Below are positions 10,408-21,411 of a DNA stretch of 64,000 nt, piece by piece. The stretch lies in assembly GCA_018699155.1 (NCBI GenBank), contig JABIQA010000167.1, positions 6,699 to 70,698 on the forward strand, read 5' to 3'. The notes under the pieces were generated by a model that saw only the letters and a program-made list of their open reading frames with translations, did not search any database and was not told the origin of the DNA. Position 1 is the first letter of the stretch. Every line of letters starts with the position of its first letter. The stretch comes from Chromatiales bacterium (GTDB taxonomy: Bacteria > Pseudomonadota > Gammaproteobacteria > Steroidobacterales > GCA-2729495). A program made the position numbers and the translations under genes.

Positions 10408-10825
10408 ATTTTCACTTTCGCTATATAAAATTTGGGAAATTATTAGATTATTGGGAATTTCAAGAATATTGATAAAAAATGCTGTATTTGAATTTGGCCG
10501 GGAAATCGGCATGGGCTTTAAGCCCTGAGTGTGTATTTGCTGATTAAGCCCGTGTCTCCCCAAAAGACACACTTAAAAGTTACCTAAATCTTCAGTAAGA
10601 ATTGCTATAACGTTTTATTACGCTACTAATGAAGGTTTGCGCCGAATCAGGCACAATGCACTGCGATCTAGGGTTTGGGCTTCAAGTCTAACCCAACACA
10701 GGTCGTGTTCTGGCTCTTCGATTCGGCGGGAGCGGTTTAAAACCGCAAGTCGTTGACCAATTTGACCCCTTCCGGAACAATATTGCAAGTGCTATTGGCA
10801 CTTTTTAAGGGAATACTGCAGCACC

Positions 10826-12115
10826 ATGAGTGAATCAAAAACCCCAGAAGCAGATATCAGCTTCGCCAGTCTCGACCTTCCTGAAGAACTTCAGGCAGGC
10901 ATCCGCAAAACAGGCTTTACCCATTGCACGCCAATTCAAGGGCAAACACTGCCTATTGCGCTCAGTGGCAAAGACGTCGCCGGTCAAGCGCAAACGGGCA
11001 CTGGCAAAACAGCCGCATTCCTGATTGCTACATTCAGCCATTTGTTGCGCAACCCGTTGCCCGCCAACCAGGCAACCGACAAAAACCCCCGTGCAGTGAT
11101 CCTGGCGCCTACCCGCGAACTCGCATTGCAAATTCATTCGGACTGCGGGTCACTTGGCGCAGCCACCGGCTTCCGTTGTCAGGTGGTCTTTGGTGGCGCC
11201 GATTACGACAAGCAAAGGGACAAACTCCATGCCGGCGTTGATGTGCTGATCGGTACACCGGGTCGGTTTATTGACTACCTCAAACAAGGCGTATTCAACC
11301 TGAATTCTGTTCAAGTCATGGTGCTGGATGAGGCCGACCGTATGTTTGATCTAGGTTTCATCAAAGACATCCGCTATGTCATGCGACGCCTGCCACCGGC
11401 AGATATGCGGCTTAATTTGCTGTTCTCAGCAACGCTTAATCAAAAGGTTCTGGAGCTGGCCTATGAGCACATGAATGATCCAGTTTCGGTTCGCATTGAA
11501 CCGGAAAAAGTGACTGCCGACAAGGTGACTCAGGCCGTCTACTTCCCGGGCAATCATGAGAAGCAGCGCTTGCTGGTTAACCTGCTGCGCCAAGTGGAAG
11601 CGAAGCGAACCATGGTGTTCGTAAACATGAAACATCAGGCAGAAAAAGTTGCCGTACTTCTATCCGCGAATGGCTTTAGTGCATCAGCTATATCAGGCGA
11701 CGTGCCACAAAATAAACGCATGCGGATGCTGGAATCTTTCCAATCGGGTGAACTGGGTATTTTAATTGCAACCGACGTTGCATCACGCGGCTTGCATATT
11801 GATGGCGTCACTCACGTGGTTAATTACGACCTGCCTCAGGATTGCGAAGATTACGTACATCGCATCGGACGAACTGCACGTGCCGGCGCCTCCGGCGATG
11901 CCATTAGCTTCGCCTGCGAAAGCTATGCTATGACTATGCCCGATATCGAAAAATACATTGGGTTTTCGATTCCGGTTAAACCCATCACACCAGAACTTCT
12001 GGCCGAAGTGACTGTTCCGAAAATGCCAGCCCGCAAACGCAGCGGACCATCAAAAGGCGGCGCAGGTGGCCGTGGCAGACCGCATAGCGGTGGCGGACAG
12101 CACCGCAGACGTTAG
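10826..12115 (+). CDS. rhlB: ATP-dependent DEAD-box RNA helicase RhlB
   Basis: The sequence is highly similar along its length to E. coli RhlB as I recall it ([53 protein letters not shown]). The C-terminal tail is RGG-rich. It is divergent from trxA. Confidence 0.85.
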   Translation: MSESKTPEADISFASLDLPEELQAGIRKTGFTHCTPIQGQTLPIALSGKDVAGQAQTGTGKTAAFLIATFSHLLRNPLPANQATDKNPRAVILAPTRELALQIHSDCGSLGAATGFRCQVVFGGADYDKQRDKLHAGVDVLIGTPGRFIDYLKQGVFNLNSVQVMVLDEADRMFDLGFIKDIRYVMRRLPPADMRLNLLFSATLNQKVLELAYEHMNDPVSVRIEPEKVTADKVTQAVYFPGNHEKQRLLVNLLRQVEAKRTMVFVNMKHQAEKVAVLLSANGFSASAISGDVPQNKRMRMLESFQSGELGILIATDVASRGLHIDGVTHVVNYDLPQDCEDYVHRIGRTARAGASGDAISFACESYAMTMPDIEKYIGFSIPVKPITPELLAEVTVPKMPARKRSGPSKGGAGGRGRPHSGGGQHRRR

Positions 12116-12137
12116 ACACTTTGTTGGGGGGCGCAGG

Positions 12138-12848
12138 TCAAACAGGTTCCAGGTCATTCATTGCCCCGGGATCTAATAATTCATCAAGACTGTGCACCGA
12201 TGCGAAGGTTTCAATCACGCGGGCCGGCAAGCCTGTATCGGGGCGCTCAACCGCAACCACCCGATCAATTCCGTAGTCTCTCGCGGCACGCAGCACCGAC
12301 AGGCTATCGTCAACAAACAAGCTTCTGCTGCGATCGAACCCCAAACTAGCCTGCAGCGCGGGCCAAAAATCCGCATGCTCTTTCGGATAGCCGAACTCGT
12401 GCGATGTGACCATGCCATCAAAATAATGGTCAAAATCCACCGCTGATAATTTAACCCGCAGGGCTTCCGGATGCGCGTTTGTCACAAGAATTAAACGCCG
12501 ATGGCTTTTTTGTACGGCCTCCAGAAAGCGGCGGGTATCTGGCAAAAACCGCACCTTATGACCAATAGAGTGTTTGAGCGCCGCCATATCCAGATCCAGA
12601 GCTTCGCTCCAGTACTCGAGGCAATACCACTGGAGAGTGCCCTCTTTCGCCGCGAAGAGCGCGAAGAGCCTGGCACGGGCATCAGCCTCGGAGATATCAC
12701 GCTTTAATGCTATACGGGCTGGCACCAGCTCGCGCCAGAAGTAATGGTCGAAGGCCAGATCAAGCACGGTCCCATCCATATCAAGCAGGACTGTGTCGCA
12801 ATGGCTCCAATCGACACCTAGCTGCTTTGCTTTATTTCGCTCGGTCAT
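12138..12848 (-). CDS. yrfG: HAD-superfamily nucleotidase (YrfG-like GMP/IMP nucleotidase)
   Basis: DTVLLDMDGTVLDLAFDHYFW..WYCLEYWSE..LVTNAHP..FGYPKE..LFVDDS aligns closely with E. coli YrfG as I recall it. Confidence 0.8.
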   Translation of the reverse strand: MTERNKAKQLGVDWSHCDTVLLDMDGTVLDLAFDHYFWRELVPARIALKRDISEADARARLFALFAAKEGTLQWYCLEYWSEALDLDMAALKHSIGHKVRFLPDTRRFLEAVQKSHRRLILVTNAHPEALRVKLSAVDFDHYFDGMVTSHEFGYPKEHADFWPALQASLGFDRSRSLFVDDSLSVLRAARDYGIDRVVAVERPDTGLPARVIETFASVHSLDELLDPGAMNDLEPV

Positions 12849-12903
12849 TCGGATACTTTACGGCATTCGCTATCGATTGTGGTTGCAACCAACAGGCCAT
12901 CCC

Positions 12904-13701
12904 ATGCAGACAAATCTGAAACAACTCATTCCCGACATTCTCTCCATTGCCCGTGAAGCCGGGCAGGATATCCTGGAAATCTACCGGGGAGATATAGATG
13001 TCGAAACCAAAGCGGATGATTCACCTTTAACTGCCGCCGATCGCGCAGCACATAACCGAATTGTTGCCGGACTGACGGCGTTAACGCCCAGTATCCCGAT
13101 TCTGTCAGAAGAGTCTGTTGTTATACCTTTTGCAGAACGTTCCGGCTGGAAGGAATACTGGCTCGTCGACCCACTCGATGGCACCAAAGAATTTATTAAA
13201 AAGAACGGTGAGTTCACCGTTAATATCGCGTTAATCCAAGGGCATAAGTCTGTGCTTGGGGTTGTGCATGTCCCTGATAAAAACACCGACTATTTTGGCT
13301 GCACTGAGACCGGCTCATTTATACAGCGCGCGGGCGAAGCGGCCATCACAATTCGGGTAACGACTCCGGCACCATCCCCCATCCGTGTCGTTGGCAGTCG
13401 CTCGCACCGTGGTGAGCTTGTTGATGCCTATCTGAAAAAGCTGGGTTCACATGTGATGGTATCCATGGGCAGTTCGCTAAAGCTGTGCCTGGTCGCAGCA
13501 GGCGAAGCAGACGTCTACCCCCGCCTCGGCCTCACATCAGAATGGGACACCGCAGCCGCACAGGCTATAGTTGAATGTGCCGGTGGCTGCGTTATCGGCC
13601 TCGATGGCACACCACTGCTGTATAACGCGAAAGCAGATATCCTGAACCCCCATTTCATCGTATATGGCGACGGTTCTAAAGACTGGACCCGCTATTTGTA
13701 A
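12904..13701 (+). CDS. cysQ: 3'(2'),5'-bisphosphate nucleotidase
   Basis: The start is trimmed to the ATG at 12904. Inositol-monophosphatase-family motifs are present (WLVDPLDGTKEF, SSLK, WDTAAAQAI). Confidence 0.85.
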   Translation: MQTNLKQLIPDILSIAREAGQDILEIYRGDIDVETKADDSPLTAADRAAHNRIVAGLTALTPSIPILSEESVVIPFAERSGWKEYWLVDPLDGTKEFIKKNGEFTVNIALIQGHKSVLGVVHVPDKNTDYFGCTETGSFIQRAGEAAITIRVTTPAPSPIRVVGSRSHRGELVDAYLKKLGSHVMVSMGSSLKLCLVAAGEADVYPRLGLTSEWDTAAAQAIVECAGGCVIGLDGTPLLYNAKADILNPHFIVYGDGSKDWTRYL

Positions 13702-13898
13702 GGCGGAAGACGCCTTCAACGTGTCGCTTGGGAGAGCCGTGAAAGACTGATAGAATGCTCATAAGCGATGCGCAAAGGCTCCCGAAAAACAGCAGTAGCA
13801 TAAAAATACCCGGGGCAACCAACAAGAATAAGCCGCAGATCAATATCCCAAGCAATTGCTGCTGATGCAGCATAAGTGATAGTAATGATTATAAACTC

Positions 13899-14114
13899 AT
13901 GAGTAATAACGTCGAAACCAGCGTATTCCGAGCCCGCTCCCGCCTTAAAGAACTGCGGGTTGCACATCATGATCTTGATACATCTATTCACGAGCTATCA
14001 ACCGATCCGAACGTCGATCTGCTAAAGATCAAACGCCTGAAAAAACAGAAACTCCGCATCAAAGACATGATCGTCCGCATTGAAAGCCAGTTAATTCCGG
14101 ACCTCAACGCCTAA
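13899..14114 (+). CDS. DUF465 (YdcH-like) small coiled-coil protein
   Basis: 71 aa. It has the pattern LKELRVAHHDLDTSIHEL....D...IKRLKKQKLRIKD.I, which is typical of the YdcH/DUF465 family. Confidence 0.7.
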   Translation: MSNNVETSVFRARSRLKELRVAHHDLDTSIHELSTDPNVDLLKIKRLKKQKLRIKDMIVRIESQLIPDLNA

Positions 14115-14426
14115 TTGCTCACCTGCTTAAGCCTCTCGCCAACCGCAGCATTCAGACGCTTATCGAAACTCCTTACATACAACGCATACCCATAAGCCTA
14201 TGTTTTTAATGGCTCATTGAAGCTATTTTGTGGCGTTTGTCACAACAATGCTGCGCCAGCATGTCGAAAAAAAGACAAGCCACCAAAAATGCCCGGTTTT
14301 GAGCCGCTAGCGCAGAGCATGACGAACAGTCAAGGCGCTTCTCCTGCGGAAAATGGTGAGACTGGCCTCACATTAAACGAGAGGTTTTCCTACTTTAGTT
14401 AAATTGAGGCACTTACGACATTTAGC

Positions 14427-14442
14427 TGGCACGCATTCTGCA
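14427..14442 (+). promoter_or_regulatory. Sigma-54 (RpoN) -24/-12 promoter
   Basis: TGGCACGCATTCTGCA compared with the consensus TGGCACG-N4-TTGCW. The GG and GC dinucleotides have exactly the consensus spacing, and there is one mismatch (C for T at -15). No ORF lies downstream. Confidence 0.55.
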
Positions 14443-14451
14443 AGAGACAAG

Positions 14452-14571
14452 TGACACTAAAACTCGTATCAATAATAAGAAGGGTTATTCATAAACCCGT
14501 GCTTCGCACTCTGGAGTTTTAGCTCGTCCGTTCCGTGCCAGTAAAACCCGCCGTCAGGCAGGTTCTTTTTT
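14452..14571 (+). ncRNA. Candidate sigma-54-dependent small RNA (about 120 nt, unnamed)
   Basis: It is bounded by the sigma-54 promoter and an intrinsic terminator. It has an internal 9-bp long-range helix (CTAAAACTC at 14457-14465 pairs with GAGTTTTAG at 14514-14522) plus small hairpins. I saw no credible ORF or RBS. It is convergent with the downstream minus-strand gene. Confidence 0.4.
14545..14571 (+). terminator. Intrinsic terminator of the candidate sRNA
   Basis: AACCCGCC-GTCA-GGCAGGTT (8-bp stem with one mismatch) is followed by CTTTTTT. Confidence 0.55.
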
Positions 14572-14605
14572 ATCTCAACCAAGGAAACGTTGTTTAGAGC
14601 AAATA

Positions 14606-15127
14606 TCAATCTTTTTCATGACTGACCAAGAACTGTTGAAACAAAACCTGGAGCCGCTCTAGGCTCTCCGCATCACCAAGACCATGATCACCCGCTAAAA
14701 GGGTAAAACGCCCCTGACATTCCAACGCAAACCGCAAGCCATTACGATACGGTACAACCTCATCACGCCAGCCGTGCACGAGGGTTGCTTGGCAACGCAA
14801 TGGCAGAGGGTTAAACGCTTCGTAGCCCGGCACATAAATTGCTGTGGCTATCAGGAACACGCCGGTAACAGCAATACGGTGTGCAACGGCAGCACTGACT
14901 GCTGCACCCATACTGCTGCCCACAAGTAATACCGGTGTGGTTTGTTGCATGCACCATGCAAAGAGCTTGTCGATACGCTCTGCGGGATCATCGATACCAC
15001 GATAATCAAGTGACTCAACACGCCACCCAGCCTGCTCAGCCAGCGGCGTTAGCATTCTGATCTTTGTGCCGTCGGGGCCGCTCTCCTGGCCATGAGAAAA
15101 GCACACTATTCCTCGTTTTGAATCCAT
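14606..15127 (-). CDS. Small alpha/beta-fold hydrolase (esterase-like)
   Basis: 173 aa. It has the sequences CFSHGQESGP and GSSMGAA (nucleophile elbow G-x-S-x-G). It begins 3 nt downstream of the symporter stop, so the two are probably co-transcribed. Confidence 0.65.
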   Translation of the reverse strand: MDSKRGIVCFSHGQESGPDGTKIRMLTPLAEQAGWRVESLDYRGIDDPAERIDKLFAWCMQQTTPVLLVGSSMGAAVSAAVAHRIAVTGVFLIATAIYVPGYEAFNPLPLRCQATLVHGWRDEVVPYRNGLRFALECQGRFTLLAGDHGLGDAESLERLQVLFQQFLVSHEKD

Positions 15128-15130
15128 TAA

Positions 15131-16552
15131 TTAGACATCGGCCGCAGCCCGCTCGCGACCAAACCAGGCCACGGCAAAAGCCACCAGGAACGGCACCACC
15201 CGCTCCAGAATGTCGCCCGGGGTATCCGGCATCCAGTTAAAGAAAACCGTTAAACCAAAGCCCAGCCAAAGGCTTATCAAAGCCGGCGTGCGGCGAATGC
15301 GCACATTGGCAATAAATAGAAGCACCATAGGACCAAACGAAGCGCCTAGCGCATGCCATGCAAACAACACTCGGTCAAAAATTGACGATGGCAGAAATAA
15401 AGATATTGCGCAGGCGATAACCGTAACAAGCGTAACCACAACCCGCGAGTCAGTAAGCACTTTGGCATGCGCACGACTGTCTGCAAGATTCCAATCGCGG
15501 GCAATGGATGATGCTGCCACCAGCAACTGGCTGTCAGCTGTCGACATAATTGCCGACAACACACCGGCGATCATCACGCCTGCAATTACCGGTGGCAACA
15601 ACTGCTGGGTTGCATGAAAGAAAATCTGTTCTTCGTTACCGGTCATTGGAAATAATACCCGTGCCGACCAGCCAAGAATGAGCATGCCACTGAACACTAT
15701 AGATGCCCAGCAAATAGCAATAATCCTGCCCTGACGTAAGCTCGCATCATCTTTAATGGCCATAAAACGATTCATTACATGGGGCTGGCCGATATACGCG
15801 ACACCCGGACTCAGCATGCCGAATACAAAGCCCACCGCGGCAAGGCCGCTGTACTTGCCGGTAAAGCTGAGAAAAACCTCATCCTCCACACCGGCCATTC
15901 CAGTCCACAAACCTGAAAAGCCACCGACTTCCAACAGACACAGCACCGGCAACAAGGCGGCCACTGATACCATTAGCACGGCTTGCACGGCATCGGTAAC
16001 CGCAACGGCCCAAAAGCCACCAATAAGGGTGTACACCAACACGATGGCAGCACCAAAAAGGATGGCCGCCGTCGGCGCCATACCAAAGCTGCTGGAAAAT
16101 GCCAGCCCGGCGCCCTGAAACTGCGCCGCAATGTAGAACATAAGGCTAACCAGAATGATGATTGAAGCAGAGCGGATTACCACGTTGCTGCCATCACGAT
16201 CGAAACGACCAAATAGAAGCTCGGACAAAGTCACTGCATCGTCCCGCTCGGTCGCCTGTCGCAGGCGCGGCGCTACATAGGACCAACTGAACACATAACC
16301 CCCAAGCACTCCCGGCAAGAACCAGAAAGCCTCCATGCCCACTGCATAAGCAGTGCCACTGACCCCCAACAGCGACCATGCCGATGACGAACTGGCCGAA
16401 GCGCTGAGGCTCGCGACCCATGGCCCAAGCTGACGACCACCGAGGAAATAATCCCCCTGATCGGTGGTGCGCTTCTGTGCCCAGACACCGATCAATACCA
16501 ACACGATCATGTAAGCAATAAGCGTTATCATGATCCAAAAAGAATCAGCCAT
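15131..16552 (-). CDS. Sodium:solute symporter family (SSF) transporter
   Basis: 473 aa with about 12-13 hydrophobic segments. The YFLGGR motif near the N-terminus is typical of PutP/PanF-like SSF carriers. Confidence 0.85.
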   Translation of the reverse strand: MADSFWIMITLIAYMIVLVLIGVWAQKRTTDQGDYFLGGRQLGPWVASLSASASSSSAWSLLGVSGTAYAVGMEAFWFLPGVLGGYVFSWSYVAPRLRQATERDDAVTLSELLFGRFDRDGSNVVIRSASIIILVSLMFYIAAQFQGAGLAFSSSFGMAPTAAILFGAAIVLVYTLIGGFWAVAVTDAVQAVLMVSVAALLPVLCLLEVGGFSGLWTGMAGVEDEVFLSFTGKYSGLAAVGFVFGMLSPGVAYIGQPHVMNRFMAIKDDASLRQGRIIAICWASIVFSGMLILGWSARVLFPMTGNEEQIFFHATQQLLPPVIAGVMIAGVLSAIMSTADSQLLVAASSIARDWNLADSRAHAKVLTDSRVVVTLVTVIACAISLFLPSSIFDRVLFAWHALGASFGPMVLLFIANVRIRRTPALISLWLGFGLTVFFNWMPDTPGDILERVVPFLVAFAVAWFGRERAAADV

Positions 16553-16666
16553 TTGTAAAGATTATCCTAGGAAACTTCCTGCAGCATCGCAAATTTGAAC
16601 AGCAGCGGCAACACGAACCCATCATTACGACCGATGCAATACAATGCCAATACCCAACTTACATAC

Positions 16667-19600
16667 ATGGAATCGATGAGCGATAACTGGCAATTCTGGA
16701 TTGATCGCGGCGGTACATTCACCGATGTGATTGCCCGCGAGCCCTGCGGGAAACTGCGTATTCAAAAACTGCTGTCAGATAATCCATTGATGTACACCGA
16801 TGCAGCTGCCGAAGGCATTCGCCGCTTTCTGAGCGATGCAGATGCACCTCAGGTCAGCTTTATCAAGATGGGCACAACTGTTGCGACGAATGCGCTGCTC
16901 GAACATGCCGGCGAGGCGGTAGCATTGATTACTACCCGCGGCTTTGCAGATGCATTGAAAATTGGCAATCAGAGTCGTCCGGATATTTTCGCGCTCAATA
17001 TAAGTAAGCCAACTCCGCTCTATCATGCTGTATTTGAAGTCGATGAAAGAGTTTCTGCCGATGGCGCTGTGCTTCAAAAACTTGATGAACCCGCGGCACG
17101 GGATATATTGGAAAACATCTGTGATAGCGGCATTCGCAGTGTCGCCATATGTTTGCTGCACAGCTATCTGTTCCCCCTCCATGAACAACGACTGTTTGAA
17201 TTGGCGCGGCAAGCCGGTATTCAGAACATCTCTGTGTCACACCGTTTAAGTGGCCTGCAACGGCTCATCAGTCGTGGCCAAACAACCGTAGCCGATGCCT
17301 ATGTCACTCCGGTGCTCAGCAAATACATTAAAAGCTTTCAACAGGCGCTGGCAGCGAATAAACATACGCCGACAAACTTTTTAATGATGCAAAGTAATGG
17401 CGGCATGGTTGTTGCTGACGACTTATGCGGTAAAGACAGCATCCTGTCGGGCCCAGCTGGTGGCATGGTGGGTATGGCAGCCGGAGGCAAGCGCGCAGGT
17501 CTGACGCGTCTCATCGGCTTTGATATGGGTGGCACATCCACGGATGTATCTGTGTATGACAATGGTCATGAGCTCAGTCGCGAAACCCAAATTGGCGGCA
17601 ATTTTATTCAAACGCCGATGATCAATATCCATACTATTGCTGCCGGTGGCGGCTCGGTGCTCAGATACGCAGACAGCCGCTTGCAGGCAGGTCCCGATTC
17701 AGCCGGCGCTTTCCCCGGGCCATTGTGCTACCTGAACAGCGGCCCGCTGACCGTTACCGATGCCAATCTTCTGACCGGACACATACAAGCAAGCGCCTTT
17801 CCAGCTGTGTTTGGTCCTTCGGGCTCCGAGCTCTTAAGTATCGACAGCGTTAAAGCCGCCTTCGCCGCACTGACACGAACCATCAATTCATCTAAAGGAT
17901 TTGCATACACGTCAGAACAAACGGCCTGCGGATTTATCCGCGTTGCCACCGAGAGCATGGCCAACGCAATACGACACATTACCGGCCAACAGGGGAAGAA
18001 TCCGGCGGACTTTACTCTGTGCTGCTTCGGTGGCGCAGGCGGGCAGCATGCCTGTGCTGTCGCAGAACTACTGGGTATCAGGCAAATCCTGATTGACCCG
18101 TTTGCGAGTGTGCTGTCAGCCTACGGCATTGGAATTGCACCGGTCAGCAAGGTTAAACAACTGACAGTTAACCTACCCGTGGAAGGCAGCACCGAGCAAC
18201 TTGCCGCAACAATCGAGCAACTCCGGGCAGAGTGCGAAGCTGCATTACCCGCTGAGAATATTGATCCGGCAACGCTCCGGTCAGTGGCGCGCTTGTTCAT
18301 TAAAGTTAGCGGTAGCGATAACACCTTACCCATGAGCACTCCTACGCTTGAAACGCTACGGAAGGATTTTGCCGATGCACACAAGCAGCGGTTTGGTTTT
18401 GCCCCGGCGGTCGATGCCGTTCTTCTAATTGACAGCATCGAAATTAATACAACCGCAGAAACCCTGGCGACCGCCACAGGCACTCTGGAGACGGAGGCAT
18501 TGGCGAATGCATCAAGCACTGCCGAGGTCTATCTCGATGATAAATGGCAGACCATTCCATGCATCACACTCGAATCCATTGTCAGTGGCGAAGAACTCCC
18601 GGGACCTGCGCTAATCATTGAGGCGAACTCAAGTATCATATTGCCTCGGGGTTGGAAGGCCCATGTAAATGCAAGCCTGCAGCTGATACTCAACCAGCAT
18701 GAAAGTCGTTCGCTGGCCATTTCTAACCCCGAAGTAGCAGACCCGGTATTACTGGAAATATTCAATCAACGCTTCATGCACATTGCCGCTCAAATGGGTG
18801 ATGCGCTGCAAGCATCCGCCCGTTCTACCAACATCAAAGACCGGCTGGATTTCTCCTGCGCCCTATTCAATAACACCGGCGAACTCATCGCTAATGCACC
18901 TCATATACCGGTTCATCTCGGCTCGATGGACAGCTGTGTACAAGCCTTATTAAAGCAGCATCGCAGTGGCTTTATGCAAGGCAATAGCTATATCAGCAAC
19001 TCACCATTCTCGGGGGGCACCCACCTGCCCGACATCACTGTTGTATCTCCACTGCTCGATGAAACCACCGGAGATATCCAGTGTTTAATCGCATCGCGAG
19101 CGCATCACGCCGATATCGGTGGCATTAGTCCCGGGTCGATGCCAGCAAACAGTCACTCCATTTCAGAGGAAGGTATTATCTTTGATGGTTTTTGTATTGT
19201 CAGTGATGGCGTTATGCGTGAGCAGGCTCTGCGTCACCACCTGGCCGCAGGGCCGCTGCCCGCCAGAAACCCCGAGCAGAACATTGCAGACCTAACGGCC
19301 CAGTTGGCGGCCAACACGCAAGGTCAGAGACTCTTTAAAAATCTGCAGCATGAGATGGGTGCTGCGACAGTGACCCACTATATGGAGCATGTCCTCGACA
19401 ACGCCGAACAGGTTATTCGCACGGCGATACAAGGCCTGAGCGGCGGCAGTTATAGCTATGAAATGGATAGCGGCGAAGCCATCATTGTCGCCATACATAT
19501 CGACCATAGCCAGCGCTCGGCAATCATAGATTTCAACGGTACCAGCCCGCAGAGCGCAACTAACTTTAATGCCCCGGCAGCAATTTCAAGAGCCGCCGTC

Positions 19601-20263
19601 ATGTATGTGTTCAGAACCCTTGCGCAAAAACCTATTCCACTGAACGCTGGTTGCCTGCGGCCATTGACCATTATACTGCCCGACGCATCGCTGTTAAGCC
19701 CGGACAACACGGCTGCAGTTGTGGCAGGAAACGTTGAAACATCGCAATGCATTGTCGACACGTTGTTTGCTGCACTTGGCGTATTGGCCGCATCACAGGG
19801 CACCATGAATAATCTGACATTCGGCAATGCCACGCACCAGTATTACGAAACGCTGGGTGGCGGCTCAGGAGCGGGTGCCGATTTTGATGGTTGCGATGCC
19901 ATACAAACCCATATGACAAACTCACGACTCACCGACATCGAAATTCTGGAATCTCGCTACCCGGTAAGAGTGAACGAGTTTTCGATTCGAGCTGACTCTG
20001 GCGGAGCGGGCAAGCATTGCGGCGGCAACGGACTTATCCGGGAGTTTGAATTTCTCGAGGCTATGGAAGTATCGATATTGTCAAACCACCGACGCATCGC
20101 GCCATTCGGACTCCATCATGGCGGCTCTGCGGCAACCGGTATTAACCTGCTAAAACAGGGCTCAACCAACAGTGTGTTGAATGCAACTGCCACAGTGGCA
20201 GTGCAGCCCGGTGACCGGGTGCGAATTGCGACCCCCGGCGGCGGCGGTTACGGCAAGGCGTGA
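16667..20263 (+). CDS. Fused hydantoinase A/B-type 5-oxoprolinase (ATP-hydrolysing)
   Basis: About 1200 aa. [16 protein letters not shown] is the canonical HyuA/oxoprolinase N-terminus, and a HyuB-like C-terminal half follows. The longest ORF starts at the TTG at 16595. ATG candidates are at 16634, 16667 and 16676, so the start is uncertain. Confidence 0.85.
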   Translation: MESMSDNWQFWIDRGGTFTDVIAREPCGKLRIQKLLSDNPLMYTDAAAEGIRRFLSDADAPQVSFIKMGTTVATNALLEHAGEAVALITTRGFADALKIGNQSRPDIFALNISKPTPLYHAVFEVDERVSADGAVLQKLDEPAARDILENICDSGIRSVAICLLHSYLFPLHEQRLFELARQAGIQNISVSHRLSGLQRLISRGQTTVADAYVTPVLSKYIKSFQQALAANKHTPTNFLMMQSNGGMVVADDLCGKDSILSGPAGGMVGMAAGGKRAGLTRLIGFDMGGTSTDVSVYDNGHELSRETQIGGNFIQTPMINIHTIAAGGGSVLRYADSRLQAGPDSAGAFPGPLCYLNSGPLTVTDANLLTGHIQASAFPAVFGPSGSELLSIDSVKAAFAALTRTINSSKGFAYTSEQTACGFIRVATESMANAIRHITGQQGKNPADFTLCCFGGAGGQHACAVAELLGIRQILIDPFASVLSAYGIGIAPVSKVKQLTVNLPVEGSTEQLAATIEQLRAECEAALPAENIDPATLRSVARLFIKVSGSDNTLPMSTPTLETLRKDFADAHKQRFGFAPAVDAVLLIDSIEINTTAETLATATGTLETEALANASSTAEVYLDDKWQTIPCITLESIVSGEELPGPALIIEANSSIILPRGWKAHVNASLQLILNQHESRSLAISNPEVADPVLLEIFNQRFMHIAAQMGDALQASARSTNIKDRLDFSCALFNNTGELIANAPHIPVHLGSMDSCVQALLKQHRSGFMQGNSYISNSPFSGGTHLPDITVVSPLLDETTGDIQCLIASRAHHADIGGISPGSMPANSHSISEEGIIFDGFCIVSDGVMREQALRHHLAAGPLPARNPEQNIADLTAQLAANTQGQRLFKNLQHEMGAATVTHYMEHVLDNAEQVIRTAIQGLSGGSYSYEMDSGEAIIVAIHIDHSQRSAIIDFNGTSPQSATNFNAPAAISRAAVMYVFRTLAQKPIPLNAGCLRPLTIILPDASLLSPDNTAAVVAGNVETSQCIVDTLFAALGVLAASQGTMNNLTFGNATHQYYETLGGGSGAGADFDGCDAIQTHMTNSRLTDIEILESRYPVRVNEFSIRADSGGAGKHCGGNGLIREFEFLEAMEVSILSNHRRIAPFGLHHGGSAATGINLLKQGSTNSVLNATATVAVQPGDRVRIATPGGGGYGKA

Positions 20264-20319
20264 ACCCTGATCATTGCGGACATATTCGGAGTGACCGCAC
20301 TTTCTATGTAGGAATGAAC

Positions 20320-21294
20320 TTACGGTCGCAACACAATTGAACCGCTGGTGCGACGCGTTTCCAGGTCAGAGTGCGCCTGTGCAACATCAGCTAACGCATA
20401 CTCATGATTAATTGAAACGTTTACCGCCCCACTCGTGAGCACTGCGAACAAAGCATCACGTGCAGCATGCAGGCCGGCCTGATCGGCAATAAAGTCAAAT
20501 AACACCGGACGGGTTAAATACAAAGACCCACGGGCCGCGAGTTCCAGCGGCGAAAAGGGTTTAACCGGACCTGAAGCGTTGCCATAAGTCACCATCGTGC
20601 CATGGCGCCGCAAACAATCCAGCGATTGAATAAACGTATCCTGACCCACAGAGTCATACACAGCGGCCACCCCGTCAGCACCCGTTAACTCGCGCACCCG
20701 GGCAACAAAATCCGGATCACCGGCCATTACTATTTCGGCACAGCCATTAGCGCGCGCCAACTCAGCTTTTGCTTCAGTGCTAACAACGCCAATAACGCGG
20801 GCGCCTAAGCTATGTGCCCATTGCGATGCAATCAATCCAACACCGCCAGCGGCCGCATACAACAAAACGGTGTCGCCGGCTTGCACGCGATAACTTTTAA
20901 ACAATAAGTACCAAGCTGTAAAACCTTTCAACATTGAGGCGGCTGCTGTTGCTTCATCAATACCCTCAGGCAAAACAACAACTCGGTTAGCTGCAACAAC
21001 CCGTTCTGATGCGTATGCACCCGGTGGCTGACTGGCATACGCTACCCGATCACCGATCACCACTCCGGTCACACCGGAACCAACCGCAGTCACTACACCG
21101 GCCGCCTCAAGGCCCAAACCCGCTGGCATTTTCAGCGGGTATAAGCCAGAGCGGTGATAGGTGTCAATAAAGTTAACGCCTATTGCGGTATGCCTGACCA
21201 GAACCTCACCAGCACCGGGCTGCCGATCGGGTATTTGCACCAACTGCATGACCTCAGGGCCACCAAACTCATTAATCTGAACCGTCTGTGCCAT
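20320..21294 (-). CDS. qor: NADPH:quinone oxidoreductase (zeta-crystallin family MDR)
   Basis: The start is trimmed to the ATG at 21294 (MAQTVQINEFGGPEVMQL). The Rossmann motif AAAGGVG is present and the C-terminus (...TSGSIVLRP) is Qor-like. Confidence 0.85.
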   Translation of the reverse strand: MAQTVQINEFGGPEVMQLVQIPDRQPGAGEVLVRHTAIGVNFIDTYHRSGLYPLKMPAGLGLEAAGVVTAVGSGVTGVVIGDRVAYASQPPGAYASERVVAANRVVVLPEGIDEATAAASMLKGFTAWYLLFKSYRVQAGDTVLLYAAAGGVGLIASQWAHSLGARVIGVVSTEAKAELARANGCAEIVMAGDPDFVARVRELTGADGVAAVYDSVGQDTFIQSLDCLRRHGTMVTYGNASGPVKPFSPLELAARGSLYLTRPVLFDFIADQAGLHAARDALFAVLTSGAVNVSINHEYALADVAQAHSDLETRRTSGSIVLRP

Positions 21295-21411
21295 TTGAAC
21301 CGCCCTTTCACCCACGCCAATAGAAACCTCAGTATAATGGCGATCATTCATCATTAAAGCCTTTGCCCGCAAAAATTTTGTTGCATAAAACATGGGCAGG
21401 AAACCTTACTT

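Noticed and set aside
13676-13873. A 65-aa very hydrophobic minus-strand ORF (MLHQQQLLGILICGLFLLVAPGIF...) lies between cysQ and the DUF465 gene.
   Set aside because: It could be a small membrane protein. However, it overlaps the cysQ 3' end, has no visible RBS, and has no motif that I recognise. The support is too weak to call it.
14217-14402. A 61-aa ORF (MKLFCGVCHNNAAPACRKK...) lies in the DUF465-hydrolase intergenic region.
   Set aside because: It starts at TTG with no Shine-Dalgarno sequence, and its composition is not protein-like. It lies in the region that I interpret as the upstream activating region of the sigma-54 promoter.
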